Translations under genes and position numbers: made by a program
Notes under the pieces: model-generated
What the model was told of the DNA's origin: nothing
Databases searched by the model: none
The model's input: the letters and a program-made list of their open reading frames with translations, nothing else
Shown: piece by piece, positions 38,258 to 48,153 of the stretch
Layout of the letters: every line of letters begins with the position of its first letter
How positions within the stretch are numbered: the first letter of the stretch is position 1
NCBI GenBank assembly: GCA_964291315.2
Contig: OZ219750.1
Coordinates: 576,001 to 640,000, forward strand
Source of the DNA: Candidatus Poribacteria bacterium
Lineage (GTDB): Bacteria; Poribacteria; WGA-4E; WGA-3G
Length of the DNA stretch: 64,000 bases
Reading direction: 5' to 3'

Positions 38258-39265
38258 CTATGGTTTTGCCCTAAGAACACGCGTGATAGAACGCCAGACT
38301 TCGTCTACCTCGATGCCTTTCATACAGATATTATCTTTACATTTATTTGTAAATTGCTTGCACGGGCTGCAGGATACATCGTGGCGGATGGTTTGGTGTA
38401 AGGTTCCAAGCGGCTGAAACCGGATATGGTTGCCGGGGCCGAATAGGGAAACGATCGGGGTCCCGACTCCGGCTGCAATGTGCATCGGCCCGGTATCGTT
38501 AGTAACAAAGAGGTCACACTGTTCAATGCAGGCAGCTAATTGTCGCATCTGAAGATTACCGGCAAATCGGACAGCGCGAGTGTTCATCAGGTTCGCAACT
38601 CTCCGTACAAGTTCGGCTTCCTTTTGTCCGCCAAAAATGAGAACATCGGCGTCGAAATGTTCTACCAGTCTGTCTCCAATAGCAGCAAAGCGTTCGGGCA
38701 TCCATTCACGTAACTTCCACCCAGCGCCCGGAAAGAGTCCTACTTTTAACCTGCCATCAGCAATACCAGCTGTATTGAAGATCTTCATAGCGGCTCTCCG
38801 CTCCGAGTTATCGAGAAATAGTTCCAATTCCCGGTCTTCCGTTGGAATGTTTGCCGCTCGTAATAGGTCGAAGTAGTGTTCTGTTGTGTGTTTGTTGCCT
38901 TGTTCAGAGACACGAACAGTGCAAAGCCAACTCTTCCCAATCCGATCGACAGCGCCACTGAGGTACATTAGCATCTCAGTGCGGAACTTCCGCTGCAGAT
39001 CAATAGCTAGTGTGAATTTGCGTTTGCGTAAAATGCGGGCGGTCCGCCACATCTCCGCAGTATTTTTGCTTTTGGAAAGTCTATCAAACGTGATTATTTC
39101 GTCGAGATGTGGGTTTCCACGGAGGATGTCAGCAGATTGTTTCCCTACGAGCATAGCAATGTATGCCTTGGGGAAATTGGAGCGCACAGCTCGGATAGCC
39201 GGGGTCGTGAGTACAATATCGCCAAGAGAGCTGAGCCGAATGATCAATATTTTTGGAGAAACCAT
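38258..39265 (-). CDS. waaF: LPS heptosyltransferase II-like (GT9)
   Basis: ILIIRLSSLGDIVLTTP, TNDTGPMHIAA, LFGP. Confidence 0.8.
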   Translation of the reverse strand: MVSPKILIIRLSSLGDIVLTTPAIRAVRSNFPKAYIAMLVGKQSADILRGNPHLDEIITFDRLSKSKNTAEMWRTARILRKRKFTLAIDLQRKFRTEMLMYLSGAVDRIGKSWLCTVRVSEQGNKHTTEHYFDLLRAANIPTEDRELELFLDNSERRAAMKIFNTAGIADGRLKVGLFPGAGWKLREWMPERFAAIGDRLVEHFDADVLIFGGQKEAELVRRVANLMNTRAVRFAGNLQMRQLAACIEQCDLFVTNDTGPMHIAAGVGTPIVSLFGPGNHIRFQPLGTLHQTIRHDVSCSPCKQFTNKCKDNICMKGIEVDEVWRSITRVLRAKP

Positions 39266-39322
39266 CTGTCCGAGTCCATGCTATCATATGTTATCTATCA
39301 GTTTCTTATGTGCGAAACAAAT

Positions 39323-40483
39323 TCAACCCAATACCCGTTTTTCAAGACTGTTCAGTGCTTCTTCAACCAATGCTTCTATATCTAAGTTTGACTCTGCGAC
39401 CTCTAACTCGGCGAGCGAGGCCCGAGTGGCAGGATGCTTCGGCACGAAGAGGGAACAACAATCCTGATGTGGCCGTGTGGATACCTCAAAGGTGCCGATC
39501 CGTTGCGCCTTTTCGATAATTTCAGTCTTATCCTCACCGATGAGTGGACGAAGAATTGGAATGTCAGCAATTGCTTCGATGGTCCGCAGGTTCGTCAGCG
39601 TCTGTGAGGCGACTTGTGCGAGACACTCACCTGTAACGAGTGCCTCCGCGTTTACCAGGGTCGCGACACGCTCCGCGATACGGGTCATCATTCGTCGATA
39701 CAACAAAACGCGGAGCGGTGCTGGGGTTCCAGTAACAATAATCTGCTGGAGTTCAGCGAATGGAACTAGATAGACAGCGCTCCGATAATTGAAGGCTGCC
39801 AAAATTCGAGCGAGTTCTGTCACTTTCTCCAAGGAAGTTTTATCTGTATATGGATAGCTATAGAAGTGAATGAAAACAGCTTTCGTACCGCGCTTCATCA
39901 TTTGCCACGCAGCAACAGGAGAATCAATCCCGCCTGACAACATGACAAGCACGTTCCCGCTTACACCAACCGGTAATCCCCCAATACCGGGGATCTTTTC
40001 TGTGGAAATATAGACGTTTTTCTGTGTTATTTTAATCCAACAGACGAGCTCCGGATTATGCATATCCGCCCGTGATCCGGTTTTTTCGAGGAGATACCCG
40101 CCGACCTCGGCACTGATTTCGGGTGAAGTTAAGGGGAAAGTTTTATCGGTTCGTCTCGTTTCGACCTTAAGAGATGCATGCGGTTTTCCTTGGATTTGCT
40201 TTAAGGCGGTCTTTTTGATAGCAGTAATGTCTTTTTCCGTAGAGCAAGCGAGCTCAAAATAGGCGATTCCCATAACTTGTTGCAGCCGTTTCTTAATTTC
40301 AAGAATGTTGGCGTTTTCCCCAAGCCGTACGAGAATTCTATCATGAAGTCGCTTTACTTCTGCATAGCCAGTCCCGCGCAGAGCAACTTTGATATTGCTT
40401 ACGAGCCGTTTTTCAAAAAATATCCTATTTTTCCCTTTGAGCCCAACTTCGGCGTAGTGGACGCTAAACAAGTCTTCCATCAT
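39323..40483 (-). CDS. thiI: tRNA 4-thiouridine synthase
   Basis: LKGKNR, THUMP region, MLSGGIDSPVA, QVASQT, DCC. Confidence 0.93.
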   Translation of the reverse strand: MMEDLFSVHYAEVGLKGKNRIFFEKRLVSNIKVALRGTGYAEVKRLHDRILVRLGENANILEIKKRLQQVMGIAYFELACSTEKDITAIKKTALKQIQGKPHASLKVETRRTDKTFPLTSPEISAEVGGYLLEKTGSRADMHNPELVCWIKITQKNVYISTEKIPGIGGLPVGVSGNVLVMLSGGIDSPVAAWQMMKRGTKAVFIHFYSYPYTDKTSLEKVTELARILAAFNYRSAVYLVPFAELQQIIVTGTPAPLRVLLYRRMMTRIAERVATLVNAEALVTGECLAQVASQTLTNLRTIEAIADIPILRPLIGEDKTEIIEKAQRIGTFEVSTRPHQDCCSLFVPKHPATRASLAELEVAESNLDIEALVEEALNSLEKRVLG

Positions 40484-40515
40484 TTATCTCGCGCTAAAAA
40501 ATTTAAGACAGAGCT

Positions 40516-41250
40516 TTACAAAGCGCGGACAGCATCTGTCAAGCTAAAATGGATTTTCGCTATATCTTCCAAGGCGGGACTTCCGTGCAATCGAACAAAT
40601 TTTCTGCCGGCATCAATAACTTGGTGCGCGCCTCGGGGTAAGGTCATTTTATATTTTTCAGACAGTGCATCTATCCGCCTCAAAAAGGTGTCACGAGCAA
40701 TAATAGAAGCTGCAGCAACCGCAATATCCCGTTCCGCTTTTGGCACTTGGACTATCTCGAGTTCCAGAAAGGTTCGATTGGGGTGTCTACTCGGGGGTTG
40801 AGAAGAAGTTGCAAGTTGTAGAGGCGGGACACCGTTTGTCCGTTGCGTGAGCTGGGGCTTGATGAGGTCGTTTTTGGAAAATCTGTCAACCAAAGCGTGT
40901 TTCGCGCCTACCCGATCCGCTAGTGTAAAAATTGCTTCTGCATGGAGTGAGGCAAGCAGGTGGTTTAGATTTTGTCCACGTTTGCGGAAGTCATCGTAAA
41001 GGGCGTTATAGTCAGTGGGCATTTTTTCTACCACGGCGATATGCTGCTCATAGCGACAGCGTATCAGTTCGGCGAGGCGTTGAACGCGCCGTTGTGATAG
41101 TGTTTTTCCATCTGTGATACCTGCAGTTGATAAGGTTTCACAACACTCTGCGTTTACGTAGACAGCTGCCACAACAAGCGGCCCGAAATAATCGCCTTTC
41201 CCTGATTCGTCTGTGCCAATCCAAGCATTCCAGTTGTGTATTGTGTCCAT
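40516..41250 (-). CDS. rnhC: Ribonuclease HIII, catalytic domain only
   Basis: IGTDESGKGDYFGP, AVAAASIIAR, AKIHF. Confidence 0.85.
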   Translation of the reverse strand: MDTIHNWNAWIGTDESGKGDYFGPLVVAAVYVNAECCETLSTAGITDGKTLSQRRVQRLAELIRCRYEQHIAVVEKMPTDYNALYDDFRKRGQNLNHLLASLHAEAIFTLADRVGAKHALVDRFSKNDLIKPQLTQRTNGVPPLQLATSSQPPSRHPNRTFLELEIVQVPKAERDIAVAAASIIARDTFLRRIDALSEKYKMTLPRGAHQVIDAGRKFVRLHGSPALEDIAKIHFSLTDAVRAL

Positions 41251-41352
41251 TTAATTTTTTAAGCTATTAGTACTGGGTACCCTGAACATTGTTCGTAATG
41301 ATCTACAATTGTTAAAAAGTTTGCTTTGGATTATGAACGGTTTCTTAACTAT

Positions 41353-41520
41353 TCAGAATCTGCAGCAACGTCTAAAGACTGAATTCCGAATTTCTGAAAA
41401 TTCGGTATCTTGCTTACCTACGGCTTTGACGCGTTCCGTCAGTTCGGTATCACGTAAATTGCCATCCACATCAAGTGAATCGGACGAGTTCAGGATTGAT
41501 CCGTCATTTGCCGGGTTTAC
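41353..41520 (-). pseudogene. C-terminal fragment resembling NADPH-dependent FMN reductase
   Basis: SILNSSDSLDVDGNLRDTELTERVKAVGKQ; no start codon or N-terminal half. Confidence 0.45.
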
Positions 41521-41521
41521 G

Positions 41522-41541
41522 TAAAAGAACTAAGATTTCGG
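41522..41541. repeat. 20-nt dispersed direct repeat, copy 1
   Basis: TAAAAGAACTAAGATTTCGG, identical to 56950-56969. Confidence 0.9.
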
Positions 41542-41561
41542 AAACCACTTCCTGGTCCACT

Positions 41562-41897
41562 TCAATCTGTTAGGAGCGGTAAAATGAGAATAGCTCCTAG
41601 AGTTTTTTGCGTTGTCTTCGGGGAGTTATCTACCCACACCGGAGAGTTCGACACCACTCCGTTTGCAAGCCTAGTGGGCTCTGTACGGTACACCGTTACC
41701 TCTTTGGGTTCATTTTTTTTTAACGTGAACCTGTAAGGCATTTTTTTGACATCAGGGAAGGTGTAGGCACCGTTTCTGTCAGTCATGGTGTACTCTCCGG
41801 ACCTTTCACCTGCAATGATGGTTACCGTTGCATTTTGCACTGACTGGTTTTCCCTGATCTCGATACGGTCGTTGTAGAAACAACCCACACAGAGCAC
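41562..41897 (-). pseudogene. Remnant of an exported protein with carboxypeptidase-regulatory-like domain
   Basis: VQNATVTIIAGERSGEYTMTDRNGAYTFP; degraded ends. Confidence 0.5.
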
Positions 41898-42237
41898 TCC
41901 TCCCTCAAAGTATAAATTATTTTTCTTCTTTTTTCAATTGCTTATTTCTCCATAACAGACAGCATAACCGCTTTCACTTGATAATCTTGGTTATCTGCTA
42001 CCTACGCCTTCCTTTGCAGCGCAATAAACAGTGAGACACTCTTCGTATATGTATATGCAAGCATTACCGGGTACAACTGCGCCCCTCGTTGATTGCTGGT
42101 CTTATATTCTATCGGCTATTGCACCAGATATTTATCGAACCCGCGAATTATACCTTATCTAAAAGTATATCATAATTTAAAACCGGACATCATCTGTTTC
42201 CACGGTAGACTGAGGAACTGTAGCGGACAGATTTTTC

Positions 42238-42266
42238 TTGACATAATTAATGGGTTTTTGTAAACT
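42238..42266 (+). promoter_or_regulatory. Sigma70-type promoter
   Basis: TTGACA-17 nt-TAAACT. Confidence 0.6.
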
Positions 42267-42388
42267 ACCCCGGTAATTTAAAATGTGAGTCTCTTTCTAA
42301 CTTAACTATGGGCATCGAACAGTGCCCTATGAGCAAGCGACTTGCACTGTACCCTAATAAACCTGTTTTGGACATGAGGAGGTTACTC

Positions 42389-43174
42389 ATGCGTTCAATG
42401 ATATATTTGTTAGCTGTCGCCCTACTGATGGTAGTCCCTGCAGCCTTTACACATGCGATGGTTGAAGACGACGGTTTGATCGTTTACTTTAGTTTCGACG
42501 AAGCAAAAGGTGGCATCGTTAAGGATGAAACTGGTGGTGGAAATGACGGGAATCTTGACAACGCAAAGATTTCTACCAATGAGGCCGTCCACGGAAATGG
42601 GTCATTGGAATGCGGAGAAGGCAATTCCAGTATGACTGTTGACACATTCAAAGAGTTGGAAGAATATCAGGATAACACTTTTCTGTTTTGGCTTAACTTT
42701 ATCGAAGGCAACGATGGCAATTGGAACCAAATTGTAGCGAAAAAGGCCCCGGGTTCTGATCGTTCTCCGGGTATATCGACCTGTACCAATACCTTAAATA
42801 TTCATTGGCGGTTCAATCCTGGAAACCAAGGAACCGAGTGTGCCGGGCCCGATGGAGAAGGCGACCAGTTTGAAACCGGTAATTGGCATCACCTTGCAGG
42901 TGTGAAAAACGGTGCTAAACTGATCTTTTACGTTGATGGCAAAGAGATTCAAGAAAACGCTGTACCGGAAGAACATCTACAAGGCGGAGAAAAACTGTAT
43001 ATCGGTAAAACCGGCTACAGTGCTGCCCGTTTTTACATCGACGATCTCTATGTCTACAACAGAGCCCTTAGTGGAAAAGAGGTTGTAAGCGTTATGGAGG
43101 GCGGACTGCTCCCGGTTGAACCTGATAACAAAATTTCTACTACGTGGGGACAACTCAAAAGGCATCGCTACTAA
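42389..43174 (+). CDS. Secreted LamG-domain protein with TTWG-type C-terminal tail
   Basis: AGGAGG RBS, signal peptide, YFSFDE, WHHLAGV, IDDLYVYNRALS, ends LPVEPDNKISTTWGQLK. Confidence 0.88.
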   Translation: MRSMIYLLAVALLMVVPAAFTHAMVEDDGLIVYFSFDEAKGGIVKDETGGGNDGNLDNAKISTNEAVHGNGSLECGEGNSSMTVDTFKELEEYQDNTFLFWLNFIEGNDGNWNQIVAKKAPGSDRSPGISTCTNTLNIHWRFNPGNQGTECAGPDGEGDQFETGNWHHLAGVKNGAKLIFYVDGKEIQENAVPEEHLQGGEKLYIGKTGYSAARFYIDDLYVYNRALSGKEVVSVMEGGLLPVEPDNKISTTWGQLKRHRY

Positions 43175-43187
43175 CTTCATCTTCCAA

Positions 43188-43218
43188 ATGTAGGGACGGT
43201 TCCTGTACCGTCCTACAT
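43188..43218. repeat. GTAG-type REP-like palindrome
   Basis: ATGTAGGGACGGT-tcctgt-ACCGTCCTACAT. Confidence 0.7.
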
Positions 43219-43269
43219 CTATTTCTTCGCCTACGCATGCGCACTGATCAATTCCGCCTGTTCTCCATC

Positions 43270-44607
43270 ATGAAGATTCTGTTTTTTTCTCTTACCTTTT
43301 TCTTTCTATTTTTACTCATGCGGGGGTGGTGCTATACGGAAGAGAAAATCAACAGCCGGGTTGAACGCGGTGTCCGTTACCTTGATACTGAACAGTACCA
43401 TCTGGCACTCACCGAATTTCAAGCTATCCGAAAAGAATGCGATACATCCGAGAGTATTAGTAGTCTCGCGCAATGTTATATCGGTATTGTCTATCAGGAG
43501 CTCAATAGCTTGAGTGAGGCGATAAAAGCATATCAGAATGCATTGGCACTTAATGGACAGCCGAGAATTCATGCGAATGCTCACCTTCATTTAGGTATTG
43601 TCTACAAAGCGCAAGGCAGGTTAGCATTAGCTGAAAGCCATCTCAGACAAGCTCTTTCACATTTGGCTGAAACAGCCGAAGCGTATATTCATCTTGGCGA
43701 TGTCTACGCACTCCAACGTAAGTTTGATGCTGCTGAACAGGCTTATCATGAAGGGATCCGCTTGAACCCAAGCCATCCTGAATCCTATTACGGGCTGGGG
43801 CGAGTTGCAGAGATGCAAAGTCATTTGGAGCCAGCTGTGAAGTATTACGACGCTGCGCTCGTACGAAACCAGTATCTATTGCAGGCACATTATCGACGGG
43901 CGCTCATATACCGACGGCTTGGTGACAGCGAACAAGCTAAAATCGCTATGGTACAGTTCCGGCATTTGAAAATTTATGAGGATAGGATGCACCAATACCG
44001 TGAAGCCCTCTACACAAATCCGAATTTGCCCATGCTTTACATCAAACTCGGGGAACTCCATGAGAGTTATGATAACTTAACGGAGGCATTCCGGATCTAT
44101 GAAGTCGCAACGCAGGTACATCCAGCTTATTTACCAGCATACCTGAACCTTGGTCGGATATCCGTTCAACGGCGCGATCTTGAAAAAGCAACCTATGCCT
44201 ATCAGAAGGCCACAGAAATTGACCCCAATGAGCCACAAGTGTGGGTAAAATTAGGGGTCATCTATATCAACCGGCGCCAATTTGAATCAGCAATGTTGGC
44301 ATTCAAACAGGCGATTGCCGTGGATAATACGGCAGCAGAGGCATATAACAGCTTGGCGCGGCTCTATGCAGGACTCGGTAAAGAGAGACAACAAGCAGTT
44401 GCCTTAGCTGAACACGCAGTCACCTTGCTGCCAACAGCAAGAAATTACGACACACTCGCCTACACTTACTACCGCAACGCGGAATATGATGATGCCTTAG
44501 CTGCGATTAATCAGGCACTTGTGTTAGCACCTGATACGGATGAATATAGTAAGTTACGACTGAAAATTTTGGAAGCACAAGTTACAACTAAGTACCGTAA
44601 AAAATAA
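43270..44607 (+). CDS. Exported TPR-repeat protein
   Basis: Signal peptide MKILFFSLTFFFLFLL; many TPR units. Confidence 0.85.
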   Translation: MKILFFSLTFFFLFLLMRGWCYTEEKINSRVERGVRYLDTEQYHLALTEFQAIRKECDTSESISSLAQCYIGIVYQELNSLSEAIKAYQNALALNGQPRIHANAHLHLGIVYKAQGRLALAESHLRQALSHLAETAEAYIHLGDVYALQRKFDAAEQAYHEGIRLNPSHPESYYGLGRVAEMQSHLEPAVKYYDAALVRNQYLLQAHYRRALIYRRLGDSEQAKIAMVQFRHLKIYEDRMHQYREALYTNPNLPMLYIKLGELHESYDNLTEAFRIYEVATQVHPAYLPAYLNLGRISVQRRDLEKATYAYQKATEIDPNEPQVWVKLGVIYINRRQFESAMLAFKQAIAVDNTAAEAYNSLARLYAGLGKERQQAVALAEHAVTLLPTARNYDTLAYTYYRNAEYDDALAAINQALVLAPDTDEYSKLRLKILEAQVTTKYRKK

Positions 44608-44625
44608 ATTTGCGGTCACAATAGA

Positions 44626-44901
44626 AAGAAAAAACTGGGTGAAAAGGTAAAAAGTGGTGCTAGATTTGACTGCTTTGAGATCGGTACCCTCGAAAATGAT
44701 GTTGATCGGCTCGAAACATATGAACGTTCGTGGACAGAAATTCGTAAATTGATACCTGAAGCAAACAATAAAAATGTTACGCTTGTACTCGAAAATATTT
44801 GGAATGAGTTTCTTCTTAGTCCAATGGAATTTTGCCAATGTCTTGATGAATTTGAGAACGACACGATCCCTGTCTGCGCTAACTACCCCGCTTGGAAATA
44901 A
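44626..44901 (+). pseudogene. Fragment of a sugar-phosphate isomerase/epimerase (xylose-isomerase-like TIM barrel)
   Basis: YERSWTEIRKLIPEA...LVLENIWNEFLLSPMEF...LDEF; no start, truncated. Confidence 0.65.
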
Positions 44902-44913
44902 TCTAGGAAATCA

Positions 44914-45705
44914 ATGGAAATCGTTATTCAACCTACCTATGCACAGCTTGTAGTGGTTTCAGCAGAAATTATTCGGGACGCTCTATTAAAAAAGCCGAAT
45001 CTCGTTTTGGGGCTTGCTACGGGCAGCACCCCGATTGGCCTCTACGAAGTCTTGATACGGATGCACAAAACAGACGGGCTTGATTTCTCGAAGGTGACGA
45101 CTTTTAACTTGGATGAATACGTCGGAATCCCGCCAAGTCACCCGTATAGTTACCATACCTTCATGGAGACGTACTTTTTTAGTTCGGTTAATATTCCGAA
45201 GGAGAATTGCCATATTCCACAAAGTACTGCAGTGGCACATGAAGAATTCTGCGAAGGATATGAAGCAGCAATCGTAAGTGCTGGTGGTATTGACATCCAA
45301 GTGCTCGGCATTGGGAAGGATGGACATATCGGTTTTAACGAGCCCAGTTCTTCCCTGGGTTCTCGGACCCGCATTAAAACGCTCACACAGGCTACCTTGG
45401 AGGCGAACGCTCCACATTTCGGTGGGGCTCTTGATGCCGTGCCGAGAATGGCCATTACAATGGGGGTGCGCACGATTATGGAAGCTAAACAGTGTTTGCT
45501 GCTAGCAAGTGGGAAGTCGAAAGCAGATGCAATCGCGCACGCTGTGGAAGGAGCTATTACAGCAGAGGTACCCGCCTCCGTTCTACAGATGCATCCGCGA
45601 ACAATTGTGGTTATTGACGAGGCAGCGGCTTCACAATTGAAGCGCGTAGATTACTATAAACAGGTTTATGCGAATAAGCAGAAGCTCTTGAGTAGTAGTC
45701 AGTAA
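44914..45705 (+). CDS. nagB: Glucosamine-6-phosphate deaminase
   Basis: VLGLATGSTP, TFNLDEY, GIGKDGHIGFNEP. Confidence 0.95.
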   Translation: MEIVIQPTYAQLVVVSAEIIRDALLKKPNLVLGLATGSTPIGLYEVLIRMHKTDGLDFSKVTTFNLDEYVGIPPSHPYSYHTFMETYFFSSVNIPKENCHIPQSTAVAHEEFCEGYEAAIVSAGGIDIQVLGIGKDGHIGFNEPSSSLGSRTRIKTLTQATLEANAPHFGGALDAVPRMAITMGVRTIMEAKQCLLLASGKSKADAIAHAVEGAITAEVPASVLQMHPRTIVVIDEAAASQLKRVDYYKQVYANKQKLLSSSQ

Positions 45706-45730
45706 ATAGCAGTTAGTAATTCGGAGGGAA

Positions 45731-45821
45731 TCTGAACTAAGGTTCAGATGATTCTAAGATTTGCTATCATTAGAAGGTCTAGTCCCGGTAAATCTGATAA
45801 TCCGGTAAATCGTAGTTCAGA
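45731..45821. repeat. Imperfect palindromic element between convergent genes
   Basis: TCTGAACTA...TAGTTCAGA terminal inverted repeats with internal CCGGTAAATC duplication. Confidence 0.55.
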
Positions 45822-45848
45822 CGGTTTCCGATGCCCGATAGCTGCGCG

Positions 45849-47303
45849 CTATAAACCCTCTTTTTCACATAAACCGTACGCTTTTGCTTTTCGTTGAATC
45901 GTACGGCGGCTCACTTTCAATATTTCCGCTGCTTTTGCTTTGTTATTGTCTACGGATTCGAGGGTGGCTCGTAGGGCTTCACGGTTGATTTCATCAAGTG
46001 ACATGCCGACTTCCACATTTAAGGGGCGTTTCTCGTCGATTGCGTCAGTTGGTTTCCAGATGTTGGGGACTGTGGGTAAATTTGAAAACGCTATCCCGGT
46101 CGCTTTGAGGATGCGTTCTGGTAAGTCGATCTGTTGGATTATAGTTTGGGTAGACATCACAACAAGGCCTTCGATACAGTTTTTCAGTTCTCGGACATTT
46201 CCAGGCCACTTGTATTTCATCAGTGTTCTGATGGCTTCTGGTGAGAGGTTTACCGGAGATTTGTTGTTTTGTAGGCAAAATTCTTTAAGAAAGTCTTTAA
46301 CAAGTAAGGGGATATCTTCAATCCGTTCTTGAAGCGTTGGAAGATGAATAGGGATTACATTAAGTCTATCGTAGAGGTCAGGAAGGAAGGCACGTTTTTT
46401 AGATGCCTCCTCCAAATTGTGGTTTGTAGCGCATACAATTCGGACATCAACTTGAATTGTTTTGTCTCCGCCGACGCGCTCAAATTCGCGTTCTTCGAGG
46501 ACGCGCAGAAGACGTGCCTGATTAGATAAACTCAGCTGTGAAATTTCATCAAGAAACAAGGTACCTCCGTGGGCAAGTTCAAATCTGCCTTTGCGTTGAT
46601 GGTATGCTCCACTAAAGGCGCCCCGTTCATGTCCGAAGAGCTCCGACTCAGCAAGGTTCTCATTCAGTGTTGCACAATTGAATGCTATCAAGGAACCGGG
46701 GCGCAAACTGCGGTGATGAATCGCTCGGGCAACTAATTCTTTCCCTGTGCCGCGTGCTCCGTAAATCATCACAGTCGCTTTTGTCGGTGCGATTTGGGCG
46801 ATCATTTCACGGGTCCTAGTGATTTCGGCTGATTTGCCTGTCAAACGACGCAGCCCCTCATTTTCATCTATTTGTAATTGGAGCTGCCGGTTTTCGAACG
46901 TCAAGCGTTGGTTTTCGAGGGTTCTATGCAACAGTGCTTCTAGATGAACAGGGTTAACCGGCTTTGGCAGAAAGTAAGTGTCTTTGTACGCAAGCATTGC
47001 TCTGATACCAATGTCAGTTTCTAAGATATTGGTTTCTGTAATAAAAATTACACCGACATCTGGATAATGCTGTGTTGCCGCCTCCACCAGTGCCAACCCA
47101 TCAATCTGTCTGGCCTTCAACTGTGCGATAAGGATATCTATTTTCAGGTGTTCAATATGATGAAATGCCTGGTACATATTGCCTGTAACAACCAGACGCA
47201 GCCCTTTGCCTGCTAATGTTTCACAGATGAGTTCACGTTCCGCTTGATTGGCATCTACAATAAGCACGGTCTTCTGTGTGTCCATAGTTGGAGTGTGTTC
47301 CAC
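45849..47303 (-). CDS. Sigma54-dependent transcriptional activator (REC-AAA+-Fis HTH)
   Basis: GARGTGKE, ESELFGHERGAFSGA, LFLDEI, WPGNVREL, C-terminal HTH. Confidence 0.92.
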   Translation of the reverse strand: MEHTPTMDTQKTVLIVDANQAERELICETLAGKGLRLVVTGNMYQAFHHIEHLKIDILIAQLKARQIDGLALVEAATQHYPDVGVIFITETNILETDIGIRAMLAYKDTYFLPKPVNPVHLEALLHRTLENQRLTFENRQLQLQIDENEGLRRLTGKSAEITRTREMIAQIAPTKATVMIYGARGTGKELVARAIHHRSLRPGSLIAFNCATLNENLAESELFGHERGAFSGAYHQRKGRFELAHGGTLFLDEISQLSLSNQARLLRVLEEREFERVGGDKTIQVDVRIVCATNHNLEEASKKRAFLPDLYDRLNVIPIHLPTLQERIEDIPLLVKDFLKEFCLQNNKSPVNLSPEAIRTLMKYKWPGNVRELKNCIEGLVVMSTQTIIQQIDLPERILKATGIAFSNLPTVPNIWKPTDAIDEKRPLNVEVGMSLDEINREALRATLESVDNNKAKAAEILKVSRRTIQRKAKAYGLCEKEGL

Positions 47304-47438
47304 AATATCTCGGATTCCTAATCAAGGTTCTCTTACTTAATCCAAAAAAGTATTGTTTGAAGTTGAGAATTTTGATAGACTATAACATTATAATGTGTAT
47401 TATGAAGAACCTCATTCACAATTTTTTGGGAGGAATAA

Positions 47439-48092
47439 ATGGATAGAAAACTCGTTTCGTTGTATAGACTCGGCGGACTCACTAGTATCTTGAGCGGTTT
47501 CCTGATGCTCGCGTCAAGCATTTGGTTTATTTTGGATTTATCATCTATTTCCTCCGTCCAGTTGGAAGAACGGTTTGCGCTTCTGGATAAAACAGCGGTC
47601 TTTCACGGCATAGGGGTTGTAACACTTATCCTATTAATCCCGACCCTGTTAGCAAGTTGCGGTCTGTTTTATTCTATAGCGAGCACACGAACCATCTTGG
47701 GAGCGACTTTTGCCGTATCGTGGCTTATCGTGGAATTGATAGCGCACTGTTCGCAAACTGCCCCGTTGGGTGCCCTATCCAAATTGACAAGCGCAGCTGC
47801 TACTGCTTCAATTGGGGCAGCACTCTATACGCTCTGGGCTGAATGGGCGGAAGCTCTCTTCATGACCGGTGCCTTCCTCTGTGTGCTATTAGCGCTTTGT
47901 TACAGTTCTGCACTCAGGACATGGGGGAATCAGATTGCCTCATATCTGTTTTTTATCTCTATACTCGCTTTTCCAATCGGTGTTAGCTTGTTTGATTTTG
48001 GCATACAGCTGCATGTTCTCACCCGAGGCATCGCGTTTTTGTTCCTTGGTGGCATCCTTATACAGGTGCCTGTAGAAGCAGAAGAGGTGTAG
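47439..48092 (+). CDS. Hypothetical multi-TM membrane protein
   Basis: GGAGG RBS; several hydrophobic helices. Confidence 0.7.
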   Translation: MDRKLVSLYRLGGLTSILSGFLMLASSIWFILDLSSISSVQLEERFALLDKTAVFHGIGVVTLILLIPTLLASCGLFYSIASTRTILGATFAVSWLIVELIAHCSQTAPLGALSKLTSAAATASIGAALYTLWAEWAEALFMTGAFLCVLLALCYSSALRTWGNQIASYLFFISILAFPIGVSLFDFGIQLHVLTRGIAFLFLGGILIQVPVEAEEV

Positions 48093-48153
48093 CGATCGAA
48101 TTTGGTTTCCCTGTATTCTCTTAACTAAAGCGTTTGATAGGAGGTAAGTTACG

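Noticed and set aside
42261-42272. AACTACCCCG here and at 44881, like IS200/IS605 or IscB element ends
   Set aside because: Only 10 nt, no following hairpin or tnpB/iscB; this copy overlaps a -10 element
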